Shown here: positions 46,301-61,300 of the stretch, piece by piece
Layout: every line of letters starts with the position of its first letter
Position numbering within the stretch: position 1 is the first letter of the stretch
Assembly (NCBI GenBank): GCA_964019335.1
Contig: OZ025704.1
Span: 62,001 to 126,000 of the forward strand
Direction of reading: 5' to 3'
DNA length: 64,000 bases
From: Diplonema japonicum
Lineage: Eukaryota; Protista; Euglenozoa: Diplonemea
Translations under genes and position numbers: made by a program
The notes under the pieces: model-generated
The model's input: only the letters and a program-made list of their open reading frames with translations
What the model was told of the DNA's origin: nothing
Databases searched by the model: none

Positions 46301-49300
46301 CTCGCAGGTGCTTCCACAGGTCGTCCCTCCAAAAGTGGAGGTGGCGGTTTTGCTGGTGCTGGACACCTCTGGGAACTTCACCGGGGCCTCGATCTTGGTC
46401 CCCACGGACGCGATCACAGAGGACTCTGGAGTGTACCTTGGGGCAGCGTCCGTTTCGGATACGGAAGCGGAGCGAGCGGCAGCGAGGTCAGCGGCAACGG
46501 CTTGCACGGCCGACAGCGACCGGGAGATCCGGTGCTCGGGGATCACCCTCAGCACTGGGGAAAGAAACGTCGCGCTCTGGCTTACCCCCGAGCCCATGAC
46601 TGTGGGGGAGTTGAATGGGACGCTGCGCATCGTGGGGGACTGGGTTCGCGAGGCAACGCACAAACCCAACGTCACTGTGCGGGCCCTCCTCACGGCTGAG
46701 GCAGACGACGATGCGGTTGTGCCATCGCCTGCTGTTTCCGGGAGGCCTGTTCGGGTGAAGGTCTCGGTGGCGACAAGCGGGCAGGATGCAACGGATGCGG
46801 AGCTCTGGATCCCTGACGAGAAGATCGAAACGAACAGAGCTGTGCAGTGGGGCACTGTGACGGACCAGACGCAGGCGAAATGGTGCGACAACACGACATC
46901 TACCGCCGGCTACAGGGTCTGCGGACTTGGGACGGGCGGGCTGACCCTCACGGGAACGGCGCAGACAATATACGTCTGGCTCACCCCATTGAACACAACA
47001 GTGGGTCCCCTGAACATGACGGCGAGGCTGGTGGCGACCGACTTTGCGCACGATTTAGTCCTCCCGCCGATCATCGTGCACGGGGTGTTCAGTGCCTCCG
47101 CCTACGCCCCCATCGCAGCGGTGTGGAGCGGAGAGTCCTTCTGGGTGCGAATCCGTGTGAGCGGGACGGGGTGGACGGTCGGCGCCGAACACCTGCGGAT
47201 TGCATCGAGCAAGGTCGTGACCGGCTCGGTAAAGCGCTCAAGCACTTGGAACGCTTTTAGCAACCTCGAGGCCTGCTGGACCGGGAGCGGAGGCTACAGC
47301 GGCTACACGGTGTGCACGCTGAACCCGAATGGGACCCTTGACGCCTCAACCTCGGTGGGGCTGATCGGGCCCGACGCGGAACAGGAGACCTGGGTGTACT
47401 TCACCCCTGCGACAACGACCGTCGGCTCTGTCTTTGCCTCCAGTTCGAGCGGCTTCACCCTCAGCGCTGCCTACTACGAAGACCTCACAGTCTACGTGGA
47501 CCTCACGGTGAGCGGGCTTCTGGACCCGTACGCCGGGTTCCGCCCCGCAGAGGTGCTCCCATCGCACGCAGTGGCTGCGGGGACGCCTGTGCGCGCGCAC
47601 TGGGGAGTGGGGTCAACAGGAAGCTCCGGGAGCAACGAAGCTCTTGCGATTGGAGTGGACAAAGTGGAGCCTGGGACGGTGCGATACGGGTTTGCGGACA
47701 GCTGGGCCGAGTCAACGGCATGCGCTCTGGACCAAGGGTGGTACTCGACAACCTGTCGGGGCTGCTACTATGTGTGCAACCTCACAGCGTCCACCCCTGA
47801 CAGCTACGCGGTGTGGTCGGAGTCTGTGACGCGCCACGTCTGGCTCTTCTTCGAGCCCAAAAACACCACTGCCGGGGAGTTGAACGCGACCGTGCGTTTC
47901 ACGGCCGACAACTTCGTGGATGGGTGGGACGTCCCCTTTGTGCTGGTGATGGGGGAGATGGGGCTTTTGGAGCCTGCGGGCGTGGTGGAACCTTCGATGC
48001 CAATTGCGGCGGTGACACCGGTCCGTGTGCACTACAGGCTGCGGGTCAGCGGCTCCCCCGAGGGGACCCTGTACGCGGACATCGAGACAGCGTACCTCGG
48101 AAAAGAGCCCGACAGCACGCAACTGCGGTGGAGCACCGATAGCGAAGCATGGACCTCGAGCCCCTGTTTGGCCACAACACGCGGCGGCACGTCCGTGACA
48201 GCGTGTGATTTGCGGACCATCTACGGTCTGGGGGCTGACGACAGGGGCGCACGCATTGTGGACGTGTACCTGTGGTTCACCCCCGCCTGGGGCACGGTCG
48301 GGGTGCTCGGGGCAACGGTCACCTTCTACGGGGAGAACTTCCTGGAGGCAACGGACGTCCCGTACATCTACGTTCTCGGCAAATTCAATCTTGAATCAAG
48401 CCGCGCGATCGCGGAGCCGGTGGTAGTCACACCTGGAAACCTTCTGGAGGCCTCGTTCGTGATGGCTGCGACAGCGGAAGCCACGGAAGACGAGGAAATA
48501 CTGGTCTCCTTCAGCAACGGGCTGCGCCCGCACTCTCTGACGTGGGTGCACAACGCAACGGCTGCGAGGGCGAGCTGCGATCTTGGAGTGGACGGACGCT
48601 ACGTCTGCAACGGGGACGGGAAGCTGCTTGCGGGGTCAAGCGGGACCGCCACGCAGACGATCAAGATCTACGCGGAAGGGGCGGAGATGCTCGGAAAGGC
48701 CGGCCCCGGCTACGTGGCAATAGAGGTGAGGGCGAGGCAGTTTGAGACGGCCTTTGCCTCGGCATCGGTTGCGGTTCTCGGCGACCTCACTTTTGTTGCA
48801 GACAGCTCGGAGGTTGTGGCCGACGCGGGAAGCGGAGCGGGCGCAACAGCGATTTTGCACTATCGCGTGAAGGGAACGGCACGCTCTGTCGGAGGAGAGG
48901 AAGTGCTGGTCCCGATGGGGACAGTGGACGACGGAGGGGAAGTGCGCTGGGGTCTGACCTCTGATGTGCACGCGGCGTCGATCTGCTACCGAAACGGGAC
49001 GAGCGTCGCAGTGTGCGACCTCGACGGGGTGAAGTACTCGCCGCACCACGAAGCGAACGTGTACCTCTTCATAACACCAGAACACGCGGAAACAGACGGT
49101 GACACCTTGTGGGCCGGGTCAATAACCTTCCAAGCGGACTGGTTCCGCGCAGCCACGGACGCTCCGTCAGTCACCGTGCAAGGGGTGCTCGACGCAGAGG
49201 CTGTGGAGGCGGAAGCGTGGCCAACGGTGGCACGCCCAGGGGAATGGGTGCTGCTCTCCTACGAAGTGGGGGCAACCTCGATGACGGACGGCAGCGAGGC

Positions 49301-52300
49301 GGTTATACTATCTCCGTCCTCCGCGTTCTATACGGGAAGCGTGATGTTCAGCTTGAACGGGACAGGGACAACGGGCGGAAACCGCGAAGGATCCGACAGC
49401 GAGTGGACAACGTGCACCGGAGCTTTGGCCGCCTCGAGCACAGAAGTGGGGTGCGATCTCGCTTCGGCGGGGACAGTCTTCGGGGACCAAGCAAACGGCA
49501 CAAGGCCGGTCTGGATCCGATTCCGCCCCGCTGTGGGACAAGGGGGCCACCTGAACCTTGCGGTCAAGTTTTTCGCCACGAACTTCACAAGCAGCGTACA
49601 ATACCCGCAGGTCGGGGTCGCGGGGACGGTCACTGTTTCTGCCTCGCAGGTGCTTCCACAGGTCGTCCCTCCAAAAGTGGAGGTGGCGGTTTTGCTGGTG
49701 CTGGACACCTCTGGGAACTTCACCGGGGCCTCGATCTTGGTCCCCACGGACGCGATCACAGAGGACTCTGGAGTGTACCTTGGGGCAGCGTCCGTTTCGG
49801 ATACGGAAGCGGAGCGAGCGGCAGCGAGGTCAGCGGCAACGGCTTGCACGGCCGACAGCGACCGGGAGATCCGGTGCTCGGGGATCACCCTCAGCACTGG
49901 GGAAAGAAACGTCGCGCTCTGGCTTACCCCCGAGCCCATGACTGTGGGGGAGTTGAATGGGACGCTGCGCATCGTGGGGGACTGGGTTCGCGAGGCAACG
50001 CACAAACCCAACGTCACTGTGCGGGCCCTCCTCACGGCTGAGGCAGACGACGATGCGGTTGTGCCATCGCCTGCTGTTTCCGGGAGGCCTGTTCGGGTGA
50101 AGGTCTCGGTGGCGACAAGCGGGCAGGATGCAACGGATGCGGAGCTCTGGATCCCTGACGAGAAGATCGAAACGAACAGAGCTGTGCAGTGGGGCACTGT
50201 GACGGACCAGACGCAGGCGAAATGGTGCGACAACACGACATCTACCGCCGGCTACAGGGTCTGCGGACTTGGGACGGGCGGGCTGACCCTCACGGGAACG
50301 GCGCAGACAATATACGTCTGGCTCACCCCATTGAACACAACAGTGGGTCCCCTGAACATGACGGCGAGGCTGGTGGCGACCGACTTTGCGCACGATTTAG
50401 TCCTCCCGCCGATCATCGTGCACGGGGTGTTCAGTGCCTCCGCCTACGCCCCCATCGCAGCGGTGTGGAGCGGAGAGTCCTTCTGGGTGCGAATCCGTGT
50501 GAGCGGGACGGGGTGGACGGTCGGCGCCGAACACCTGCGGATTGCATCGAGCAAGGTCGTGACCGGCTCGGTAAAGCGCTCAAGCACTTGGAACGCTTTT
50601 AGCAACCTCGAGGCCTGCTGGACCGGGAGCGGAGGCTACAGCGGCTACACGGTGTGCACGCTGAACCCGAATGGGACCCTTGACGCCTCAACCTCGGTGG
50701 GGCTGATCGGGCCCGACGCGGAACAGGAGACCTGGGTGTACTTCACCCCTGCGACAACGACCGTCGGCTCTGTCTTTGCCTCCAGTTCGAGCGGCTTCAC
50801 CCTCAGCGCTGCCTACTACGAAGACCTCACAGTCTACGTGGACCTCACGGTGAGCGGGCTTCTGGACCCGTACGCCGGGTTCCGCCCCGCAGAGGTGCTC
50901 CCATCGCACGCAGTGGCTGCGGGGACGCCTGTGCGCGCGCACTGGGGAGTGGGGTCAACAGGAAGCTCCGGGAGCAACGAAGCTCTTGCGATTGGAGTGG
51001 ACAAAGTGGAGCCTGGGACGGTGCGATACGGGTTTGCGGACAGCTGGGCCGAGTCAACGGCATGCGCTCTGGACCAAGGGTGGTACTCGACAACCTGTCG
51101 GGGCTGCTACTATGTGTGCAACCTCACAGCGTCCACCCCTGACAGCTACGCGGTGTGGTCGGAGTCTGTGACGCGCCACGTCTGGCTCTTCTTCGAGCCC
51201 AAAAACACCACTGCCGGGGAGTTGAACGCGACCGTGCGTTTCACGGCCGACAACTTCGTGGATGGGTGGGACGTCCCCTTTGTGCTGGTGATGGGGGAGA
51301 TGGGGCTTTTGGAGCCTGCGGGCGTGGTGGAACCTTCGATGCCAATTGCGGCGGTGACACCGGTCCGTGTGCACTACAGGCTGCGGGTCAGCGGCTCCCC
51401 CGAGGGGACCCTGTACGCGGACATCGAGACAGCGTACCTCGGAAAAGAGCCCGACAGCACGCAACTGCGGTGGAGCACCGATAGCGAAGCATGGACCTCG
51501 AGCCCCTGTTTGGCCACAACACGCGGCGGCACGTCCGTGACAGCGTGTGATTTGCGGACCATCTACGGTCTGGGGGCTGACGACAGGGGCGCACGCATTG
51601 TGGACGTGTACCTGTGGTTCACCCCCGCCTGGGGCACGGTCGGGGTGCTCGGGGCAACGGTCACCTTCTACGGGGAGAACTTCCTGGAGGCAACGGACGT
51701 CCCGTACATCTACGTTCTCGGCAAATTCAATCTTGAATCAAGCCGCGCGATCGCGGAGCCGGTGGTAGTCACACCTGGAAACCTTCTGGAGGCCTCGTTC
51801 GTGATGGCTGCGACAGCGGAAGCCACGGAAGACGAGGAAATACTGGTCTCCTTCAGCAACGGGCTGCGCCCGCACTCTCTGACGTGGGTGCACAACGCAA
51901 CGGCTGCGAGGGCGAGCTGCGATCTTGGAGTGGACGGACGCTACGTCTGCAACGGGGACGGGAAGCTGCTTGCGGGGTCAAGCGGGACCGCCACGCAGAC
52001 GATCAAGATCTACGCGGAAGGGGCGGAGATGCTCGGAAAGGCCGGCCCCGGCTACGTGGCAATAGAGGTGAGGGCGAGGCAGTTTGAGACGGCCTTTGCC
52101 TCGGCATCGGTTGCGGTTCTCGGCGACCTCACTTTTGTTGCAGACAGCTCGGAGGTTGTGGCCGACGCGGGAAGCGGAGCGGGCGCAACAGCGATTTTGC
52201 ACTATCGCGTGAAGGGAACGGCACGCTCTGTCGGAGGAGAGGAAGTGCTGGTCCCGATGGGGACAGTGGACGACGGAGGGGAAGTGCGCTGGGGTCTGAC

Positions 52301-55300
52301 CTCTGATGTGCACGCGGCGTCGATCTGCTACCGAAACGGGACGAGCGTCGCAGTGTGCGACCTCGACGGGGTGAAGTACTCGCCGCACCACGAAGCGAAC
52401 GTGTACCTCTTCATAACACCAGAACACGCGGAAACAGACGGTGACACCTTGTGGGCCGGGTCAATAACCTTCCAAGCGGACTGGTTCCGCGCAGCCACGG
52501 ACGCTCCGTCAGTCACCGTGCAAGGGGTGCTCGACGCAGAGGCTGTGGAGGCGGAAGCGTGGCCAACGGTGGCACGCCCAGGGGAATGGGTGCTGCTCTC
52601 CTACGAAGTGGGGGCAACCTCGATGACGGACGGCAGCGAGGCGGTTATACTATCTCCGTCCTCCGCGTTCTATACGGGAAGCGTGATGTTCAGCTTGAAC
52701 GGGACAGGGACAACGGGCGGAAACCGCGAAGGATCCGACAGCGAGTGGACAACGTGCACCGGAGCTTTGGCCGCCTCGAGCACAGAAGTGGGGTGCGATC
52801 TCGCTTCGGCGGGGACAGTCTTCGGGGACCAAGCAAACGGCACAAGGCCGGTCTGGATCCGATTCCGCCCCGCTGTGGGACAAGGGGGCCACCTGAACCT
52901 TGCGGTCAAGTTTTTCGCCACGAACTTCACAAGCAGCGTACAATACCCGCAGGTCGGGGTCGCGGGGACGGTCACTGTTTCTGCCTCGCAGGTGCTTCCA
53001 CAGGTCGTCCCTCCAAAAGTGGAGGTGGCGGTTTTGCTGGTGCTGGACACCTCTGGGAACTTCACCGGGGCCTCGATCTTGGTCCCCACGGACGCGATCA
53101 CAGAGGACTCTGGAGTGTACCTTGGGGCAGCGTCCGTTTCGGATACGGAAGCGGAGCGAGCGGCAGCGAGGTCAGCGGCAACGGCTTGCACGGCCGACAG
53201 CGACCGGGAGATCCGGTGCTCGGGGATCACCCTCAGCACTGGGGAAAGAAACGTCGCGCTCTGGCTTACCCCCGAGCCCATGACTGTGGGGGAGTTGAAT
53301 GGGACGCTGCGCATCGTGGGGGACTGGGTTCGCGAGGCAACGCACAAACCCAACGTCACTGTGCGGGCCCTCCTCACGGCTGAGGCAGACGACGATGCGG
53401 TTGTGCCATCGCCTGCTGTTTCCGGGAGGCCTGTTCGGGTGAAGGTCTCGGTGGCGACAAGCGGGCAGGATGCAACGGATGCGGAGCTCTGGATCCCTGA
53501 CGAGAAGATCGAAACGAACAGAGCTGTGCAGTGGGGCACTGTGACGGACCAGACGCAGGCGAAATGGTGCGACAACACGACATCTACCGCCGGCTACAGG
53601 GTCTGCGGACTTGGGACGGGCGGGCTGACCCTCACGGGAACGGCGCAGACAATATACGTCTGGCTCACCCCATTGAACACAACAGTGGGTCCCCTGAACA
53701 TGACGGCGAGGCTGGTGGCGACCGACTTTGCGCACGATTTAGTCCTCCCGCCGATCATCGTGCACGGGGTGTTCAGTGCCTCCGCCTACGCCCCCATCGC
53801 AGCGGTGTGGAGCGGAGAGTCCTTCTGGGTGCGAATCCGTGTGAGCGGGACGGGGTGGACGGTCGGCGCCGAACACCTGCGGATTGCATCGAGCAAGGTC
53901 GTGACCGGCTCGGTAAAGCGCTCAAGCACTTGGAACGCTTTTAGCAACCTCGAGGCCTGCTGGACCGGGAGCGGAGGCTACAGCGGCTACACGGTGTGCA
54001 CGCTGAACCCGAATGGGACCCTTGACGCCTCAACCTCGGTGGGGCTGATCGGGCCCGACGCGGAACAGGAGACCTGGGTGTACTTCACCCCTGCGACAAC
54101 GACCGTCGGCTCTGTCTTTGCCTCCAGTTCGAGCGGCTTCACCCTCAGCGCTGCCTACTACGAAGACCTCACAGTCTACGTGGACCTCACGGTGAGCGGG
54201 CTTCTGGACCCGTACGCCGGGTTCCGCCCCGCAGAGGTGCTCCCATCGCACGCAGTGGCTGCGGGGACGCCTGTGCGCGCGCACTGGGGAGTGGGGTCAA
54301 CAGGAAGCTCCGGGAGCAACGAAGCTCTTGCGATTGGAGTGGACAAAGTGGAGCCTGGGACGGTGCGATACGGGTTTGCGGACAGCTGGGCCGAGTCAAC
54401 GGCATGCGCTCTGGACCAAGGGTGGTACTCGACAACCTGTCGGGGCTGCTACTATGTGTGCAACCTCACAGCGTCCACCCCTGACAGCTACGCGGTGTGG
54501 TCGGAGTCTGTGACGCGCCACGTCTGGCTCTTCTTCGAGCCCAAAAACACCACTGCCGGGGAGTTGAACGCGACCGTGCGTTTCACGGCCGACAACTTCG
54601 TGGATGGGTGGGACGTCCCCTTTGTGCTGGTGATGGGGGAGATGGGGCTTTTGGAGCCTGCGGGCGTGGTGGAACCTTCGATGCCAATTGCGGCGGTGAC
54701 ACCGGTCCGTGTGCACTACAGGCTGCGGGTCAGCGGCTCCCCCGAGGGGACCCTGTACGCGGACATCGAGACAGCGTACCTCGGAAAAGAGCCCGACAGC
54801 ACGCAACTGCGGTGGAGCACCGATAGCGAAGCATGGACCTCGAGCCCCTGTTTGGCCACAACACGCGGCGGCACGTCCGTGACAGCGTGTGATTTGCGGA
54901 CCATCTACGGTCTGGGGGCTGACGACAGGGGCGCACGCATTGTGGACGTGTACCTGTGGTTCACCCCCGCCTGGGGCACGGTCGGGGTGCTCGGGGCAAC
55001 GGTCACCTTCTACGGGGAGAACTTCCTGGAGGCAACGGACGTCCCGTACATCTACGTTCTCGGCAAATTCAATCTTGAATCAAGCCGCGCGATCGCGGAG
55101 CCGGTGGTAGTCACACCTGGAAACCTTCTGGAGGCCTCGTTCGTGATGGCTGCGACAGCGGAAGCCACGGAAGACGAGGAAATACTGGTCTCCTTCAGCA
55201 ACGGGCTGCGCCCGCACTCTCTGACGTGGGTGCACAACGCAACGGCTGCGAGGGCGAGCTGCGATCTTGGAGTGGACGGACGCTACGTCTGCAACGGGGA

Positions 55301-58300
55301 CGGGAAGCTGCTTGCGGGGTCAAGCGGGACCGCCACGCAGACGATCAAGATCTACGCGGAAGGGGCGGAGATGCTCGGAAAGGCCGGCCCCGGCTACGTG
55401 GCAATAGAGGTGAGGGCGAGGCAGTTTGAGACGGCCTTTGCCTCGGCATCGGTTGCGGTTCTCGGCGACCTCACTTTTGTTGCAGACAGCTCGGAGGTTG
55501 TGGCCGACGCGGGAAGCGGAGCGGGCGCAACAGCGATTTTGCACTATCGCGTGAAGGGAACGGCACGCTCTGTCGGAGGAGAGGAAGTGCTGGTCCCGAT
55601 GGGGACAGTGGACGACGGAGGGGAAGTGCGCTGGGGTCTGACCTCTGATGTGCACGCGGCGTCGATCTGCTACCGAAACGGGACGAGCGTCGCAGTGTGC
55701 GACCTCGACGGGGTGAAGTACTCGCCGCACCACGAAGCGAACGTGTACCTCTTCATAACACCAGAACACGCGGAAACAGACGGTGACACCTTGTGGGCCG
55801 GGTCAATAACCTTCCAAGCGGACTGGTTCCGCGCAGCCACGGACGCTCCGTCAGTCACCGTGCAAGGGGTGCTCGACGCAGAGGCTGTGGAGGCGGAAGC
55901 GTGGCCAACGGTGGCACGCCCAGGGGAATGGGTGCTGCTCTCCTACGAAGTGGGGGCAACCTCGATGACGGACGGCAGCGAGGCGGTTATACTATCTCCG
56001 TCCTCCGCGTTCTATACGGGAAGCGTGATGTTCAGCTTGAACGGGACAGGGACAACGGGCGGAAACCGCGAAGGATCCGACAGCGAGTGGACAACGTGCA
56101 CCGGAGCTTTGGCCGCCTCGAGCACAGAAGTGGGGTGCGATCTCGCTTCGGCGGGGACAGTCTTCGGGGACCAAGCAAACGGCACAAGGCCGGTCTGGAT
56201 CCGATTCCGCCCCGCTGTGGGACAAGGGGGCCACCTGAACCTTGCGGTCAAGTTTTTCGCCACGAACTTCACAAGCAGCGTACAATACCCACAGGTTGTC
56301 TCATTGATTACTGTTGAAGTAGATGATTGGAGATTGAGCAAAGATATAGTTTCACAGGAAGAAGAAATTGTTTATTTTGTAGAGCTAAAGAGCGCAACCA
56401 ATGTAAGTGATGTGAAACTGTTGTTACCAAGTGATGCAATAATGAGCGGGAAGAGCATCATGATTGGCTCTGCTAATAGAGGCGACTCAACTTCTGTTCT
56501 ATCAGCTGCTAGAGACAACGCTAGAGTGTGCAGTTCGTATGGTACTGAAATAGAATGCGGTGGAGTGAGTATTGGTGGTACAAACGAAGATGTAGCTATT
56601 TGGATGACACCTGTTTTCCAACGCCAGAATTACACTATTCGAATCGTAGGAAACTATATTAGGGAGTACAACATAGCATTCCCGAATGTAACGGTCCTTG
56701 CTGTGAATTACTTGAAATCGGATGCTGTGGTAATGCCCATTTCTGCGGTTCATGGGACTAATATATCTGTGCACTTCTCGGTGGCAACTAACCACAGATC
56801 CTTCGGAGGTGAGAAGCTTCTCGTGCCTGCAAACGCTGTCAGCGACGATGGTGTAAAATGGTCTACGTCATTTTCGTTCAATGGCACTAGTTGCACGGGT
56901 CCTGTGCAAGCCTTCCGTGTCAACAGAGAGTCCTTCAACATTCCTGAGTACTACGTGTGCAACCTTGATGACGCTGGCATAACCTATTCATCGAAAGAAA
57001 CAGAGATTTATGTGCTGTTTACTCCGCTGAACACAACAGTAGGTCCATTAGGTGCCACTTTCGTGTTCCAAGCGAGCAGCTTCTTCGACCTTGAAAATAT
57101 ACCCTACATAGAGGTGCTGGGTACTGTTGAAGAGCACAGAGTGTATGCCACACCGCCGTACACCTTCTCGGGCGAAAGGGTGGGCATCACTGTAGGCGTC
57201 CGTACCAGTGGTTCCACAACGAGCACCGGCGAGGAACGAATCAGTTTGCCTGCAGCTGGTGTCGTGCCACATTCTGTGCGATGGTCTTCTGACTACAACA
57301 ACTTTGTGCTGAACATGGTCAGCGAGGGCACAGCATGCTCCCTTCGCGGCCCGGATGAGTCGGACTGGGCTGAATACTGGATATGCGACGTGAGTGCCAA
57401 CACGACCTGGAACAGATTGGAGCTGGAAGACGTTTATCTCAGCTTCATACCAGTGACAACGACTCTGCGGCAATGGAACCATGCGCTGCGTATCGATGGG
57501 AAAAGCATGATCGGTGCTGGAGGCATTTATGTAGTGCCTTTAGAGGTTACAGGACTACTCACAGCGACGTATGTCCGTGCAGCGCCTTCTCTATACCCTC
57601 AAGCGGGGACGAAGGTCTCCATCCACTACACTGTCAAGTCTACCGCCGTGTCTTCGCTCGCTGCTGGTGACGAGAGATGGCTGTATGTTGACTCGGGGTC
57701 GACTGAGCTTGGACTTCTCGCAGGCAGATGGAGAGAAGGTGTGCAGTGGGGCACCTCTTTGGGTGTCGACGGGGAACTGGCCGGCGGCGGTGCCTGCACG
57801 TTGACAATGGGGAACGCCACGCACGTATACGACTCCAGCGGGGCACGACCATATGTGTCGGGGTCATATCAGGTGAACGGAGTCACGAAGTGGACCACTG
57901 AACCAACAGAGCTGAACCATGTGTGGGCCTGCAATTTAAGCAGCATTGCATACTCTCCCACAACAGAAAGCGATGTGTGGGTGTCGTTCATCCCAGCCAA
58001 CGATACTGTGGGGGAGCTGAACATAACAATGAGGTTCGCTGCTGATGCCTTCTACGACAAAGTGCTGACACCTTACATAAGGGTCTGGGGCAAGATAGGG
58101 TTGCTGTTCCCAGAAGTGGAAGTTGTGCCCACGCATCCTGTTGTCGGTGAGGTTGTTCGGTTGCAGTACCATTTGTCCGCGACTGCAGTGGCAGATGTGA
58201 AACTGTGGATACTCGAAGAGCTGGTGGGCAGGGCACCCCGATGGGCCTACGGCACCGTTGAGACCGCGGGGGTGTGGAGCAGCTGCGTGTTGACTACTCA

Positions 58301-61300
58301 CTCAGAACAGGCGGCATGGCTGTGCGACCTCTCGTCGCTGGGGATTGGTCCTGAGCATGAAAACCTGGACCGCAACGTGTACCTGGATGTGCTCCCAGCC
58401 AACACCACAGTAGGCAAGTACGACCTTAATGTGCATGTCACAGCAGATGGGTTTGAGTCTGAGGTCTCTTCACCCTTTATCTTCGTGGTGGGAACTGTCA
58501 ATGTGCTCCAGACTAGAATTACTAGCAACGAGAACTGGCAAGAAGAGCAGGCCCTTCTCGTGGAGCTTTCCTCCACAGGCTACTCGCGTGGCTCAGAAAC
58601 TGTTGCCTTCAGTGACGAGTACATCAGCGAGATGTCTTGGAACGTGAGTGACACGTACAAAGGGAAGCCTTGCACACACACAGACCGATGGTTCTACTGC
58701 AACATCCGAACAGTTGACTACGGTGACCATGTCCTCGGTCAGTCTGACGAGAAGAATGAGGACAAGAACTTCTGGGCACAGTTGACACGGCCTAGTAAAG
58801 GAAACGCCTTACAGCGCCACTGGCTGCTGTCGCCCACAAGCTTGATGTTCAGGTTCAATTTCGTTGCTAAAACGACTGTGGCAGGGAGGTTCTCGGTGGT
58901 GGGGAGAGTCATGGCTTCTGGCTTTAAAGAAACCCATTTTGAAGAATGGGCATGGCAATATGGTGTTATCTACCCTACGGTTCCAGAGCACTACGTGCGA
59001 GAGCCATGGGGAACGCAGCCACAGATGTATAGCGTTATACCTTCGGTACCGCAGAAGGTAACTCTTGGCTTCACAGTGGCCTACCAGATCATGGCTACTG
59101 GCGAGTCGCATGGCGGCGAAAGGATCTTGATACCCATTGACAAGACCGACGGGTGGGCCGTCTGGAGCACGGCTGAGCTTCTGGACAGGGAGCTGAAGGA
59201 CAACGTGTACTCGTGCCCAGAGCACAATGCGACGTCTCCTGCAACGCACCTTACGTGCAACATCGGGGAGATCATGAGATACGGGTGGGACATACATCGG
59301 GCAGATAGACCAACAAAAGTGTGGATCTACTTTTTAGCCGTTCAGGACACGTTGCAATATCTGGACGCGAAGTTCTTGTTTGAAGCCCACGGATTCATGA
59401 GGGCAGAACACGTACCGGAGATCAAGGTTCTAGGCTACGTAGACCCGGAGGCCAACGCGCCTGTGTCTGTGAACGGTGATGTCCCTTCGGGGACTGTGGC
59501 ATCGGTGAAGTTCATGGTGAACTCTTCTACGACGTCGGTGTCTGGGGAGGTCATGTACATCCACAGATCGGATGTGCAGTACTCGAGTGGCGTACGATGG
59601 CACCCTTACCACAACGTTAACGAGACGACCAGCTACCCATGTGTCGTTGTGCTGTCAAATTTCGAGTGTGACCTTGAGGCTGGAGGGTTCCACTTCATGC
59701 ATAACCAAACACAAGCCGTGTATCTGTACTTTGTTCCTGAGATTACTGTGAAGGGGGCGTTCACACCGGATGTGTACTTCACGGCGAACAACTTCACTGT
59801 CGAGATCAGCAAGCCGTACCTCACCATCACGTCGTACTTAGACATTCGCCCTGCGCAGCGATGGAACGCATCGTTCCCTGCCATCTCTAGCGGGGAGAGG
59901 ATAAGGCTGTACTATCAATTGCGGCCGCTGACACCAGCGTCTATTCGGCTGACCTTCCCTGTGACCTTGTTCGATGTCAGCGGGTCTGACCCCACCATGT
60001 TGTACCCTACCATATCTTTTGTGTCATATGAGGACAATAATGCCACGACATGCCAGAGACCAGCAAACTTGAACATAAAGACTATGTACTGCGATGTGTA
60101 CCTTGCTGCGTCGGTGTGGAATGATGTGTACATCTACCTGCAGCCAGTGGTAGGACAGCATGATGTGACCGTCACTTTCAGTAGCACTAACTTTATCGAT
60201 GACACTGATAGGTTCAATGTCACAGTCTTGCAGACCCCTGTGTGGACGCTGTCCCCGCTTATCCCTACCACACATGAGCATATCATCCTCACCCTCACTG
60301 GGTCTCTCGACCCGCTCAATATAGGGCTCAACACCCTGCTGGGTGAGGACTCAGTTAAGCTCATCAAAAACAACCAGAACTGCAGGGACAGCAGTATCCC
60401 AAGCCATCCTGGCATGTGGGAGATTATCGAGTTGCTGCCGGATCCGTCAGACTTCGGGAGAACTGCATATGTCCACTTCACGGTGGACATAGCGGCCACT
60501 TATCACGTTTGTTACAAGCTCCGCGATGTTGACAACTACAGCCCAGCCTTCCAGCAGGGCACGTCTAGCGAGAAGCTGACAGTTGCGAAGGTGAACCCTT
60601 CGGGTTACACCACTTCGCCCCACGACGCCCTCTTCCAAAAGGTACTCGTGGGGGAAGATGTGACGTTTTCGTTCCTCGGGTACGGGCTCAACCCCGACAA
60701 CGCGGCACTGACACAGCAGGCCGTCGACCCTGGGAACCCCAACGAAGGTGGCGGGGATCATTTCAAGCTCGTGCCATGGCGCGCGCTGCGAGAGGACAGA
60801 TTCAAGAGCACCTTGGAATTCGTCGGAACGCTGTGCCATGGGCAGGAACCTATCAATGGGACATACCTCGTAAGCGACTTAAATGGGACGTCGGAGCACA
60901 CGTATCTCATACAGGAGCTTGCCTACCCAGGTACGTTTGCTGTGTGTTACCGCAGACGCGGGGGTAGGTGGATTACCTTCCCGCAACCGTTAGATGTGTA
61001 CCCTCACCACCCTGTGATCACGCGTGTCAGTGGATGCAATGACTTCGACAAGCTGACCTTGGGCTGTCAGTCAAACGGCTCGACTCCGCTGACTATTTAC
61101 GGGCGATTCTTTGGCCAGCCATCAATGCATTACCTGAGGAAAGTGAAAGTGAGGGTGGGTACCACATGGTGCGGGCATGTGAGTCATGTGTCTGACGGCG
61201 AGGTGATGTGCTCGGGCTACCAGCAGCAGTACGACCACTTGTCGAAGGCAGAGATCACTGTCGAGTCATACCATTCACTGCGGTCCGTGCAGCCCGATTT

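Noticed and set aside
45200-56341. Many repeated 60-310 aa ORFs on both strands
   Set aside because: Off-frame or antisense shadows of the giant ORF in GC-rich repeat units.
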